Shown here: in pieces, positions 37,801-47,206 of the stretch | Numbering within the stretch: the first letter of the stretch is position 1 | Layout of the letters: each line of letters opens with the position of its first letter | Assembly: GCA_043228905.1 (NCBI GenBank) | Contig: JBHGNT010000014.1 | Location: 10,044,001-10,108,000 of the forward strand | Direction of reading: 5' to 3' | DNA: 64,000 bases | DNA from: Azolla caroliniana | Lineage: Eukaryota; Plantae; Polypodiophyta | Position numbers and translations under genes: made by a program | Notes under the pieces: generated by a model | Database searches by the model: none | Told to the model about the DNA's origin: nothing | The model's input: the letters and a program-made list of their open reading frames with translations, nothing else

Positions 37801-38904
37801 GCTCCCCGGCAATGGTACCGGAAGTTCGACTCCTTCATGACCGACGAAGGGTACCTCAAAACGCAGTCCGACCACTGCGTGTTTGTGAAGAAGATCGAAG
37901 GAGGAGACTTTCTAATACTCCTCCTGTACGTGGACGACATGTTGATCGTCGGACGGGACCAGGTCAAGATACGGATGCTGAAGAAGGCTCTTCACCGAAC
38001 CTTCTCAATGAAGGACTTGGGTCCGGCGAGACAAATACTAGGGATGCACATCATCCGGGACCGGAAGAAGAAGCAGTTGTGGCTGTCACAGGAGAAGTAC
38101 GTGACGAAGGTGCTTCACCGGTTCAACATGTCGGAAGCAAGACCGGTCGGATCGACCCTCCCGGCAAACTGCAAGCTGTCCAGCAAGCAAAGTCCCAAGA
38201 CGAAGGCTGAAAAGGAGGATATGATGAAAGTGCCGTATGCCTCAGCCGTCGGGAGCTTGATGTACGCCATGGTGTGTACGAGACCGGACATAGGATATGC
38301 AGTCGGAGTGGTGAGCCGGTACATGAGCAATCCCGGCAAAGAGCATTGGAACGCGGCCAAGTGGATACTCCGATACCTGAAAGGCACGGCAAACGTGTGC
38401 CTCCGATTCGGCTCCGGTAAGCCCGAACTCGACGGCTTCACCGATTCGGATATGTCGGCTGATGCAGATACCAGCCGGTCCACATCAGGGTATGTGATGA
38501 CGTATGCAGGGGGAGCCGTTTCGTGGCAGTCGAGGTTGCAGAAGACGGTTGCGTTGTCAACCACGGAGGCGGAGTACATGGCGGCTGTTGAAGCCGGCAA
38601 GGAAATAATATGGATGAAGGACTTCGTCAGAGAGCTCGGTATCCGGCAGGAGGAGTACCGACTCTACTGCGATAGTCAGAGTGCCATCCACCTTGCAAAG
38701 AACGCGGCCTACCATTCCCGGACGAAACACATCCAGCGTAGATACCACTGGATCCAGGAAAGGATAGAAGACAAGGAGTTCGTGCTGACAAAGATCCACA
38801 CGGACGAGAACGGGTCGGATATGCTGACCAAGGTGCTCACACCCGACAAGCTGGAAGCATGCCGGAAGAGGATCGGATTGGAAAGACATCCCATGCCGAA
38901 GTGA
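34831..38904 (+). CDS. Copia gag-pol polyprotein, 1357 aa, uninterrupted
   Basis: CFHCGKPGHFRKNC, WVVDSGASFH, HTDVC/DNGGEY/AERMN, LYVDDML, FTDSD, RTKHI. Confidence 0.97.
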   Translation: MEGGGSGQPGMMVLNAQNYADWKIKMEDLLIVRDLYEPIDRSEIPKGVLESEWRLLNRKAVATIRQYVDVSVLQHVANDTNAYEMWRKLSGLYERKNALNRTSLMRKIVNLKYRDGESMVEHVSTFMGFVNQLAAIKFPLEDAMQAIILMCTLPESWENLVVTLSTSCTEDNLSLQTVKTSILNEEARRRDKEPASDSKALLTESDRGRQWNRSPQRREKSGTRSQSRGRPTCFHCGKPGHFRKNCRHYRKDNGADDTDSKKSPERNGAYRGATDRRGSDRRGQDRKGTTALAASEEEIMLITEEGELNIAGDETTWVVDSGASFHLTPERRYFSSYTAGEHGCVRMGNEGTCRIAGIGDVWLTTPTGCKMLLKDVRHVPEVRLNLISAGRLDDEGYTGSIRNGVMKFSKGSLIVARARKVNTLYLMNSRLCPEELNVAADTAGELWHKRLCHMSEKGMKRLAEDNLIPVKHVHLEKCTDCLAGKQNRTSFHSRPPTRRSAPLELVHTDVCQVETKSHGGAQYFVTFIDDHSRKLWTVPLKTKDQVLCVFKELHARVERESGKKLKAIRADNGGEYRGQFQEYCRSKGIRLEFTVPKTPELNGLAERMNRTIMERVRSMLAHAKLPKGFWAEAMSTATYVINISPSVPLDGDTPQKVWTGKEVSYRHLKVFGCLAYVHVAKDRRGKLDPKTRPCIFLGYGDDEFGYRVWDPVDKKIFRSRDIIFMEDKTLADWESEKKMKSSKSTGEDQLYEEQSRPARDRLALEDPAEDGEETEPAEEDENDTGTGPDPEMDSDEEESEEPVTEAPERRYPLRERRAPRRFPEPEHVLLTDEGEPESFEEAKHDTQSRRWLSAMQDEMDSLHENHTYELVELPKGKRALRNKWVFKLKPGDAGNPPRYKARIVVKGFQQKKGVDFDEIFAPVVKMTSIRTVLSIAASMDLEVEQMDVKTTFLHGDLDEEIYMQQPEGFEKKGKEHLVCRLKKSLYGLKQAPRQWYRKFDSFMTDEGYLKTQSDHCVFVKKIEGGDFLILLLYVDDMLIVGRDQVKIRMLKKALHRTFSMKDLGPARQILGMHIIRDRKKKQLWLSQEKYVTKVLHRFNMSEARPVGSTLPANCKLSSKQSPKTKAEKEDMMKVPYASAVGSLMYAMVCTRPDIGYAVGVVSRYMSNPGKEHWNAAKWILRYLKGTANVCLRFGSGKPELDGFTDSDMSADADTSRSTSGYVMTYAGGAVSWQSRLQKTVALSTTEAEYMAAVEAGKEIIWMKDFVRELGIRQEEYRLYCDSQSAIHLAKNAAYHSRTKHIQRRYHWIQERIEDKEFVLTKIHTDENGSDMLTKVLTPDKLEACRKRIGLERHPMPK

Positions 38905-38912
38905 AGGGGGAG
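38903..38912 (+). promoter_or_regulatory. Element H PPT
   Basis: GAAGGGGGAG 2 nt before the 3' LTR. Confidence 0.9.
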
Positions 38913-39534
38913 TTTGTTGGGATTACGGTCCCTTCGGATGGGATGGTCGGATGTCGGAGATGAATGCCGACGAGCCCGGTTTCGGTTTCGGAACCGGATG
39001 ATGAAGACCCCGGCTTCGGAGCCGGATGACGAATGTACCCGGAGAGCGATCCGGATGCAGGGACATATCCGTGAATATGTTTGCTATGGGCCCCTGAGGC
39101 TATAGTTGTAAATAGCCCCAAAGTCATATATGTATAAATATGACTTAGGGCAAACTGTTTTAGTGTTGTTGATCATTTTTCTGTTTTTCCACTCAAGAGG
39201 AGTGAAGAGTGTGCAGCCGTGAGAGAGAGAGAGAGATAGAGCGTGAGAGAGGAAGAGGACGACGCCTCTTTGTATTTCCGCCGCCTGTGGCGAGGACAGC
39301 GAGCTCAAGGTCGTCGCCTTGCAGCTCGCCATTGTATACTTCTCTGTGTATAGTGGTGGTTTGGAGTCTTGTACTCCCGTGGTTTTTCCCGTTTAGGGTT
39401 TTCCACGTTAATCCCTGCGTATTCGTGTTTCTCTCTGTGGTTTCCTATTTTCTGCTGCATTGATTCGCGCTTACTCGGTTGTGGCCGAGTGAAGAAGGAG
39501 AATCGAAGCGTCGATTCCCAACAAATAGTTTATG

Positions 39535-41690
39535 TTAAAAATACGAGGCCTCATCTCTGAGGCTATCTCGGTTCCTCTCATGGTTAGCTCGCACTGTCAA
39601 GAATTGAACCGACTTTAAACCATCAAGACGCTTCACCCGAGCGAATGTTGCTCCACTATCAAACACCTTAGTCTCCATCCTTGATGATGTTATGTAGGGT
39701 TGCCCAAGAATCACCGAATCGGAAGCTGAATCTTGCACAAAAAAGTGTTGGTCGATCTCTACATCCCCGATTGTGACTTGAATGTTGGGACATGCTCCAT
39801 AAAGATCTTCCATTGCCTTCGTCGCTGCACGAATCTTCCATCCATGGTTCGTCAACATGAGGTTAATCTCTGATCCATGTTTTATAAGAGCCACAGCCGT
39901 CTCTTTCTTCTCTCCAATCTTCACCGGAGTTTCCATTGTCGCTCTCGCCCAATGGGGTCGTGTATAATGACTGTCCACTAGATCTTCTTGTTTCTCTTCC
40001 ATTCTTGCCATAGTTATGGCATTGGTTGTCACCTTTGTCAAAATTCCCTCTTCCTCATCCGCTTGTTGTCTTTTACGTTTGATAAGATCGACGATGGTCT
40101 CATGGAACACCTTCTTTGCAATTCCAAGTAGTTCTCTCAATGTAAGGTCAATACGACTATCGAGCACTCTTTCTTGAAGAACCTTCCTTAAGTTAGTTGT
40201 TTGTTCAATATCCGACCTTAATTTGTATGTTGGTGTCGATCTATCCTTCCCTTTCTTGGCATTCTCTTCAATGGGTTGAGTCGGTTCCTCGGCTCTCTTG
40301 TTTGAGCTTCCATCTTCTTGACGTGTGGTCTTCATCATCTCTTCCTTCTTTTTAAAGCTTCTCGTGTCATGTTTCTTAGAAGGGCCTTCATCTAGATCCG
40401 TCCTCTTCCGCTTCTCATCCACAAACACTTTGTGGGTTTCGCATATGACCTCTAAGGAGATCGTATTGTTATCAACCGGATCCGCCCACCCGGTAAGGTC
40501 TTGTACATGAAGGTTGGCTAGCTTTGCATCATCCGAATTAATCTTCCCTTTTTTTTCTTATTCGAGGACGGTCGGCCAAAACCCCGTTCCCGGTTTAATC
40601 TCCTTCCCAATTCTTATACCGGCGGATGCGGCCTAATGTATAGCTTCGACGTGGCTCGCATCGGCCTCATCCATGATTTTCTTTAGACTCCGAAATTCAC
40701 TTGCAAGGGCTTTCAAGTCTCACTTGAGTGTATAATGTTGCCTTCCATGTAGACGAGGTTCTGTCGAATTGCCTCTTGAAGGCTAGCACAATCTTTCCTT
40801 GCATTATCAACACTATCACACCATACACATCTATATGGGTCTTTCCCCTTCGGCCCTCTACGACTCATATTAGCTAACGAAACATCTTCGAATTTTTGTG
40901 CCAACTCTTCAATCTCAGAGTTCTCCATTGCTCTTTCGGTCGGCTCGCTTTGCTTTGTCATCTCAATTGCTATTGGAGCCTTCCTTCTTTGGACTACCGG
41001 GCCAGCCATGTCGAAATCATCTAGCCATTGACGACGCTTGTCGAATCGATCACATGCTCTTCTTACCACAACCTAATCCGTTATGAGACCATTGGGTTGT
41101 GCTATGTCCTCTAATAGACTACCTAGTTCTCGTCTATCTTTTGCATCCACCGCCTTTAAGAAGTACAAAACTTTATCTCCTTCGAGAAGTGTTTGGTCGG
41201 TTCTCGGAAGAGAGTTGTACATTTGGTTAAATTCGGTGTACACTCCCGATGTGTTCATGTTCTTCCCCTTCTTCTCGATCCACTTCATCAACGTATGACG
41301 AGTCATCCTTGATGCATCTTCAAGCATATATTCAGCCAAAAGTGCCCTTTCAAATCCCATCCATGTTCTTTGGGCGGCTTGAATCTCCCTTATACGGCCT
41401 TGTAACCCAATTGCTACGACACGCTTGAAACTTGATATTTTCTTCTCTTCGATGACATCATGTTGTTGCATCTCCATCTTGTATGTAGCGATAAAATCCG
41501 TAATGTTTCTTCAACCAAATTGGCCCGCTATCTCAACGGTTCGATCGATGGCCTTGTCTAAGCTTGCATCATTATCACGAGCTCTCATCATATGCTCCAC
41601 AATAGCCACCAACATCGCCACTTCATCAACTTGGGTGTTTGTCGAAGAAGCCATCTTCAAATCTTCTATTTCAAGCACTTGATCCTTCCT
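39535..41690 (-). pseudogene. Element D gag-protease (disrupted)
   Basis: Collinear with the G ORF: CVWCDSVDNARKDC, HYTRPHWARAT, ALIKHGSEINLM, SVQFLTVR. Confidence 0.9.
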
Positions 41691-41698
41691 ACCACCTC

Positions 41699-41716
41699 TT
41701 CACGTCGGGTTCACCA
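41699..41716 (-). promoter_or_regulatory. Element D PBS (tRNA-Trp)
   Basis: TGGTGAACCCGACGTGAA, identical to the G PBS. Confidence 0.85.
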
Positions 41717-41724
41717 CTTTATTA

Positions 41725-42198
41725 TGTCGTGAAAATGCGTCACTATGTGCGGATTGTGAGACGGGATCACTGGGGTTATGGACAGGAAGGAAATAGGGCT
41801 CACATGCACAACACAAGGAAGGCTTACACAAACAAGGCACGAGTATTCAAACGTGTTTGTGAAAAGGAGAGGCGCATGGGCAAGCCCGAATCAACCCCTA
41901 GTCACAAGGTGAACGAATGCACGTGAGGAAGGCTTACACACGGACACACGACAAAAAGGCATACTTACACACACGAGAGACAGAGTTTCGAATGCCTTTG
42001 TGAAAAGAGAGGTGCATGGGCAAGCCCAAATGCTCCCTTGCTACAAGACATGTGAACACATAAGGAAAAGGCTTGCTTACACACGCGAGAGACAGAGTTT
42101 CGAATGCCTTTGTGAAAAGAGAGGTGCATGGGCAAGCCCGAACACTCCCTTGTTACAAGACACACAAACACACAAGCAAGGTTTACACATGGGACACA
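41725..42198 (-). repeat. Element D 5' LTR (truncated)
   Basis: Aligns with 18233 to about 18705, then similarity stops. Confidence 0.85.
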
Positions 42199-42310
42199 AG
42201 GACTTCTATAAAAGTGTTCACTGAGCACATTGTATGTATAGAGTGTTTATTATTTTGAAATTGAGTTTATTGTTTTGCTCTCTCTCTCTCTCTCTCCTGC
42301 TCTCTCTATG

Positions 42311-43759
42311 CTTGCAATTTCCCGAATTTATGAGAAGGTTATATGTTGTGTGCGCATGAAAGATAAACTTTCAGATTTTTTCAAAAGCACTATTGGTGTT
42401 AAGCAAGGATGCCCACTCTCACCAACACTATTTGGTCTATGCATTGATGAATTGGAAGAAATGGTTACCAAGTTTGCAAAGGAAGAATGTGTTGAAGAAG
42501 TTGCCATTGGGAATGTTGTGATTATGCTTTTGCTATATGCAGATGACGTAGTGCTTTTTGCAAATACTTTAGGAGATGCACAAAAGCTTATGAAGGCATT
42601 GGAAAAATTTTGCATGCATACTAAATTAAGTGTCAATAGCTCTAAAACAAAGATTATGCTTGTGAAGAGCCAAAAAAGAGATAAACCATGCATTATGTAC
42701 AACAATGAGCCACTTGAATGTGTGGAAAGCTTCAAATATCTTGGCCTTGAAGTTCCTTCAAATCATAGATGGAATGAATGTGCTACACGCCGCTTAGAGG
42801 CGGGCAAACGAGCATACTATGCATTTGAGAACACATGCAATCTTGGAGATATTAAGTGTTGGGTCCTCAAGAAATATCTTTTTGACACTTTGGTGACACC
42901 AGTTCTTCTCTATGGGGTGGAAGTATGGGGCGGTAGCATCCCTAAGTCTATGTGGAAAGAGTTTGAAAATGTCCAAAAGCATTTTCTTACCAAGTTTCTA
43001 CAAGTTAAGAAACAAACGCCCTACACCCTCCTCCTCCTTGAGACGGGATCGCTTCCCATTGAGATCATGGCCATGGAAAGGGTTGTTGAATACATGCTTA
43101 AGGTTCAAAAAAGTCCCTCACATCGACTTCCTAGAATTGCGTGGGAAGCAAGCAAAAAGATCCAAAAGACGCATAAAAGCAAAATTTTGTGTTCCGGTTG
43201 GATGCAAGATATAGAAAAATGGTTTGGTAGATGGGATGGAAGACACTTGCTTCATGATGCATCATTAGATTCCTCTGTAAATGAGGCATTTTTGCAACGC
43301 CAATGTATCATGACATGGGACAAATGTGGAGGCTCACGCTTCACACATTATACTACACATGTTGCACCTAACTACAAAACCATATTCTTTGCGGAACGGG
43401 GAAATCGTACACATCCATACATGTTAGAGCCCATACCGTTATCTGCCATTCGAACCATTGCTTCCATGCGACTTAGCTCACATGCATTGCGATGTGAAAC
43501 AGGGCGTTGGGGTACAAGTGATGAGAGTGGTCGGTTATGCACACTTTGCCCTAAACAAGTTCGCGAGTCTGAGTATCACACTTTGATACAATGCTCTGCC
43601 TTTGATCATATTCGACCATGCTTTCCACATCTCTTCGATCGAGCCCAATCTTTGCATGAATTCCTCTCACAACCACAATGTGCACTCTCGATTGCAACAT
43701 TCATTGGTAAAGTTCTTGAACATCGAGAGTCACTACTCACTTTCACACGTATCACGTGA
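42311..43759 (+). CDS. LINE ORF2 C-terminal part (RT domains and zinc knuckle), stop-free but 5'-truncated
   Basis: GVKQGCPLSPTLF, LYADD, FKYLG, RLSSHALRCETGR...RLCTLC...ESEYHTLIQC. Confidence 0.9.
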   Translation, partial: LAISRIYEKVICCVRMKDKLSDFFKSTIGVKQGCPLSPTLFGLCIDELEEMVTKFAKEECVEEVAIGNVVIMLLLYADDVVLFANTLGDAQKLMKALEKFCMHTKLSVNSSKTKIMLVKSQKRDKPCIMYNNEPLECVESFKYLGLEVPSNHRWNECATRRLEAGKRAYYAFENTCNLGDIKCWVLKKYLFDTLVTPVLLYGVEVWGGSIPKSMWKEFENVQKHFLTKFLQVKKQTPYTLLLLETGSLPIEIMAMERVVEYMLKVQKSPSHRLPRIAWEASKKIQKTHKSKILCSGWMQDIEKWFGRWDGRHLLHDASLDSSVNEAFLQRQCIMTWDKCGGSRFTHYTTHVAPNYKTIFFAERGNRTHPYMLEPIPLSAIRTIASMRLSSHALRCETGRWGTSDESGRLCTLCPKQVRESEYHTLIQCSAFDHIRPCFPHLFDRAQSLHEFLSQPQCALSIATFIGKVLEHRESLLTFTRIT

Positions 43760-43827
43760 AATGTAATATTTTTGGTCTCATAGGTCATATTTGATCTCCG
43801 AAGACGATAATATAATCTATCTATCTA

Positions 43828-43856
<29 letters not shown>
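42311..43856 (+). mobile_element. 5'-truncated non-LTR retrotransposon (RTEX/RTE-like LINE)
   Basis: RT C-half plus CCHC domain, short 3' UTR, (CTAT)n(CT)n tail, TSD ctctctctatg at 42300-42310 and 43857-43867. Confidence 0.9.
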
Positions 43857-43866
<10 letters not shown>

Positions 43867-43962
43867 GTGATTTGTGAAGCTTCCATTAAACCTGCACATA
43901 TTATCTGTTGATATCCGGTGAAGTCGGTTATGTCTATGATCTTCTGTGCATAACCCTTCTCA

Positions 43963-45704
43963 CTAACAAACTCCCTCTTCACTCCTATGGGCAGAATTGA
44001 CTAGTCTTATCTTCTGTCAATAGACTTTGAGTTTGTCCATAGGTAGGGATTTCGTAAGCATGTCGGATCAATTATCATGATTATGGATCTTCACAAGGTT
44101 AAACTCTCCCTCATCCACCTTCTCTCATAACCAGTGATACCTTCTGTGTATGTGCTTGGTCTGAGAGTGATACGTAGCGTTCTTGGCTATATGTATGGCA
44201 CTTTGACTATCACAATGGAGCAAGAATTCTCCTTGCTTCATTCCCACATCACTAAGAAAACTCCTCATCCATATCAGCTCCTTACGAGCCTCTACAACAC
44301 CCATATATTCTGCCTCTGTGGTCGACAAAGCCATAGTCTTCTGTAGTCTTGACTGCCACAACACTGCTCCCCCTACATAGGTCATCACATAACCTGATGT
44401 GGATTGGCTTGATTCTATGTCCCCCAACATGTTTGAATCGGTAAAACCTTCAATCATAGGTTTTTCGAAACCATACCTAATGCACACCCTTGAGATTGAG
44501 ATGCCTTTCAAGTACCACTTTACTATTGCCTAGTGTTCTTGACAGATTACTCGCATCTAAGCTCATCGTTCTGATTGCAGATGTTATGTCTAGTCTCATA
44601 TAGACCATAGCATACATTAAACTTCCAACAGCTAAGGCATATGGTACTCGCAATTAGACGACAGTGCAAACCTGACTGGTTTTGCTTCCAACATGTTGAA
44701 CCTTTCCAAGGTCTTTGTCACATACTTTTGTTGTGACAACCATAGCACATTCATAGTTCTGTCATGAACTATGTGCATCCCCAATATTTGCTTTTCCGGT
44801 CCAAGATCTTTCTTGGCAAACGACTTCCCTAGTGCCTTTTTCAAGCTCCCTATCTTCTTGGTGTCTTGTCCAACCACAAACATGTCGTCAACATAGCACT
44901 CGCTTGCTCACAAATGAATAGAAGCTCTTCTTCGCTTGTAGCCAAGGCTGAAGTGCCCTTTTCCTTGAAAATCTTTTTGGGTTCGACATCATTTGAAGCA
45001 CCTTTGTCTTTTTTAAGGTGTCGACAGTCCTTCTGGAGGTATCTAGGTTTTTCACAGTACAAGCATGTGAACTTTCCTTTCGACTTGGACCTGGCATGAG
45101 ACTTGTCTCTCTTTTATGGACTTCTCTACTTGCTTCTTCCTCTGTTGTGTCAGATTCACCTCCGTCTGAGACAGGACACCCTTGTCCTTCCTTTGTGTCT
45201 CCTCGTTTAGGATACTTGTCTTTACCACTTGTAAGGACAAGTTTTCTTCTTGGCACGAGGTACTGAGAGACACCGCCAGGCTCTCCTAGCTGTTCAGCAG
45301 GGTACATTGCAGTAACAAGGCCTGCATAGCATCATGTAATGGAAACTTTGTTGTTGCAAGTTGATTCACCAACCCCATGAAGGTGTTAATGTGTACCTCA
45401 TTACCTCATAAGTTTGCCCTAGCTATTCCTATTTATAGGAGGGATATGTTATTATTATTATATATATCTTTATAATAATAATTAATTGGCCCGACTTGTC
45501 GCTCTTGTCTTCGACTTGGAGCATCTATCCAATGTAGTCGACTATCATAGTCGACTCTCTATCTCCTTCAAACTAGTCGACCACCCTATCGACTCGCTGG
45601 TCGATTCGGTCAACCATCTTGTGTTCGGCTTGTCGATTCGACTTCCAGCTTCTTCCTTGATTTCGACTGTCGACTTCTCCCGTAGGAGAGACAAATTCCT
45701 AACA
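43963..45704 (-). mobile_element. Element J: heavily deleted H-family Copia
   Basis: Gag (LSLQVVKTSILNEE) joined directly to YVDDMFVVG RT near 44895; RNase H; PPT near 43970; LTR remnants ending ctaaca at 43968 and 45704. Confidence 0.8.
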
Positions 45705-46806
45705 ATATGTATCTTTTCACAATAGGAAATGGGTAAAGAATTCAAAAGATGTTGCCAAAAATGCCATCATGATAGAAATTGTGGGCGCCAATGATCACTC
45801 GCTCAATCTTTGATAATTAATTACCACTTCTCCAAAAGTTGGTCCCAAAGGCCTCCTATGGATGCCTCTATCCTATTGGTTCAAATAGCATCATTGTGGT
45901 GTATTCCAAATGTTTACATGGCCTACGATTAGGTTGCTACTTTTGCGTAATGCAAAAAATCAAGGGCACAAGGCATTTTCAAAAGGGCAAACTTGATGGC
46001 TTTTCATTACTTTAATGGACCTAATAATTTCCACCTTCAAAGATACCATATGTATGTTATAATATGTATGCGTATATACTTATGCAAGTGTCTATATGTT
46101 TGCATGGATATATACATATATGGCATATCGAAGTCCTAGAAACTTGTTAGTATTGCTACCTAGGGAAAACTTAAAATTGGGTCTTTTTTTGTGAGAAACC
46201 AAAGTAAATGTTTTTAAACTCTCAAAGCACACATAGCAAGACAGACATTTTTTTTTCTACTAGCCCATTTATTTAAAAACTGAAAGACTCTTGAATCCCA
46301 ATTTGTTTTGTTAGATGAGAAAGTGTTCTCCGATAAGCTTTGAGAAGGATGCAATTTCTTTGCGTAATGTATGCTAATGCTATTTTAGAAGGAGAATCCT
46401 CAAAACTAGGCACTTTCATGTTAGGCTTTCGGAAAGAAGGGCAAAACTCTAAGTATGTGTTACCGGCCGGCAAGGAGTCCAAAATACGGAGTGAAGGAAT
46501 TAATTAAGTATGGTTGTAAATAAGCATAGTGTGGACGGACGGACTGGAAACGGTATGCCGTTCCAGATCCGGACGGATCCCGAATAGGTGCGATAGGCAC
46601 CGTTTTGTACTCCGGGCCGGAAACCTATTTAAAGGCCCGGACCCCATTGTAATCGGAGCGGATAATTAATAGAGCGTATGGTGTTTATACTTCTGTGTTG
46701 ATTTCCGTTCTGTACTTACTGTTGTTGAAGACAAGGTCGTCTATGCGGAAGATCAAGAAGCATTCGATTAGTGCTGAATACCTGCGTATGACAGTTTCTA
46801 GTCGTT

Positions 46807-46837
<31 letters not shown>

Positions 46838-47206
46838 CACACACACAAAAGACTTCTTATTCCACAAAGCAATAATACAACACCCAACCTTACAAAAAGG
46901 TTACAAGGTCAATATATATAGTGACCGACTTAGGGCAACTACCATTTATGCTAATTACACAAATGGCCCAAAGGGATAGTGTGAATACGTCCATTATACA
47001 CTTGTATTCGACACTCCCCCGTAATGGGCGTATACATGGGTTATCTAAGATTACAGGTATAGACTTAGGTTCTCGGACATATCAGCTTTGTTCGAGTCGG
47101 CAGGGTCCGAAGGCAGAAGACCGAACTGGTCGGGTCGGAACAGTTGAAGCCGATCATTAAGGAACTGATGTCGGTTGTCGGGAACCATCCTGCTCTGTGT
47201 CCGGCT

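Larger units (their letters stand above)
34193..39523 (+). mobile_element. Element H: intact, very young Ty1/Copia (Tnt1/Tork-like)
   Basis: 609-bp LTRs 34193-34801 and 38915-39523, one substitution seen; TSD AATAG at 34188-34192 and 39524-39528. Confidence 0.97.
18233..42198 (-). mobile_element. Element D: degenerate Ty3/Gypsy (PFLDDIPIKG-type RT, tRNA-Trp PBS), host of C and H; 5' LTR truncated
   Basis: LTR sequence tgtcgtgaaaat...cactatgtgcgga at 18233 and 41725; coding pieces rejoin across C (RELWGIVSAVKT) and across H. Confidence 0.85.
42200..43962 (+). repeat. B/I-family Copia LTR remnant (42200-42310 and 43857-43962), split by a LINE
   Basis: Reverse-complement similarity to the I LTR (ggactt..tataaaagtgt, aattgagtttat, aagcttccattaaacct). 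Confidence 0.65.

Noticed and set aside
34810-39127. Many antisense and alternate-frame ORFs over H (also over B, E, F, G)
   Set aside because: Shadow ORFs of GC-rich coding DNA with no recognisable motifs
41699-41716. tRNA gene fragments (Trp here, Arg at 31674)
   Set aside because: Only 18-nt 3' ends including CCA next to LTRs; these are PBSs, not tRNA genes
45705-46457. AT-rich interval with short ORFs
   Set aside because: No recognisable motif, termini or repeat partner in the window
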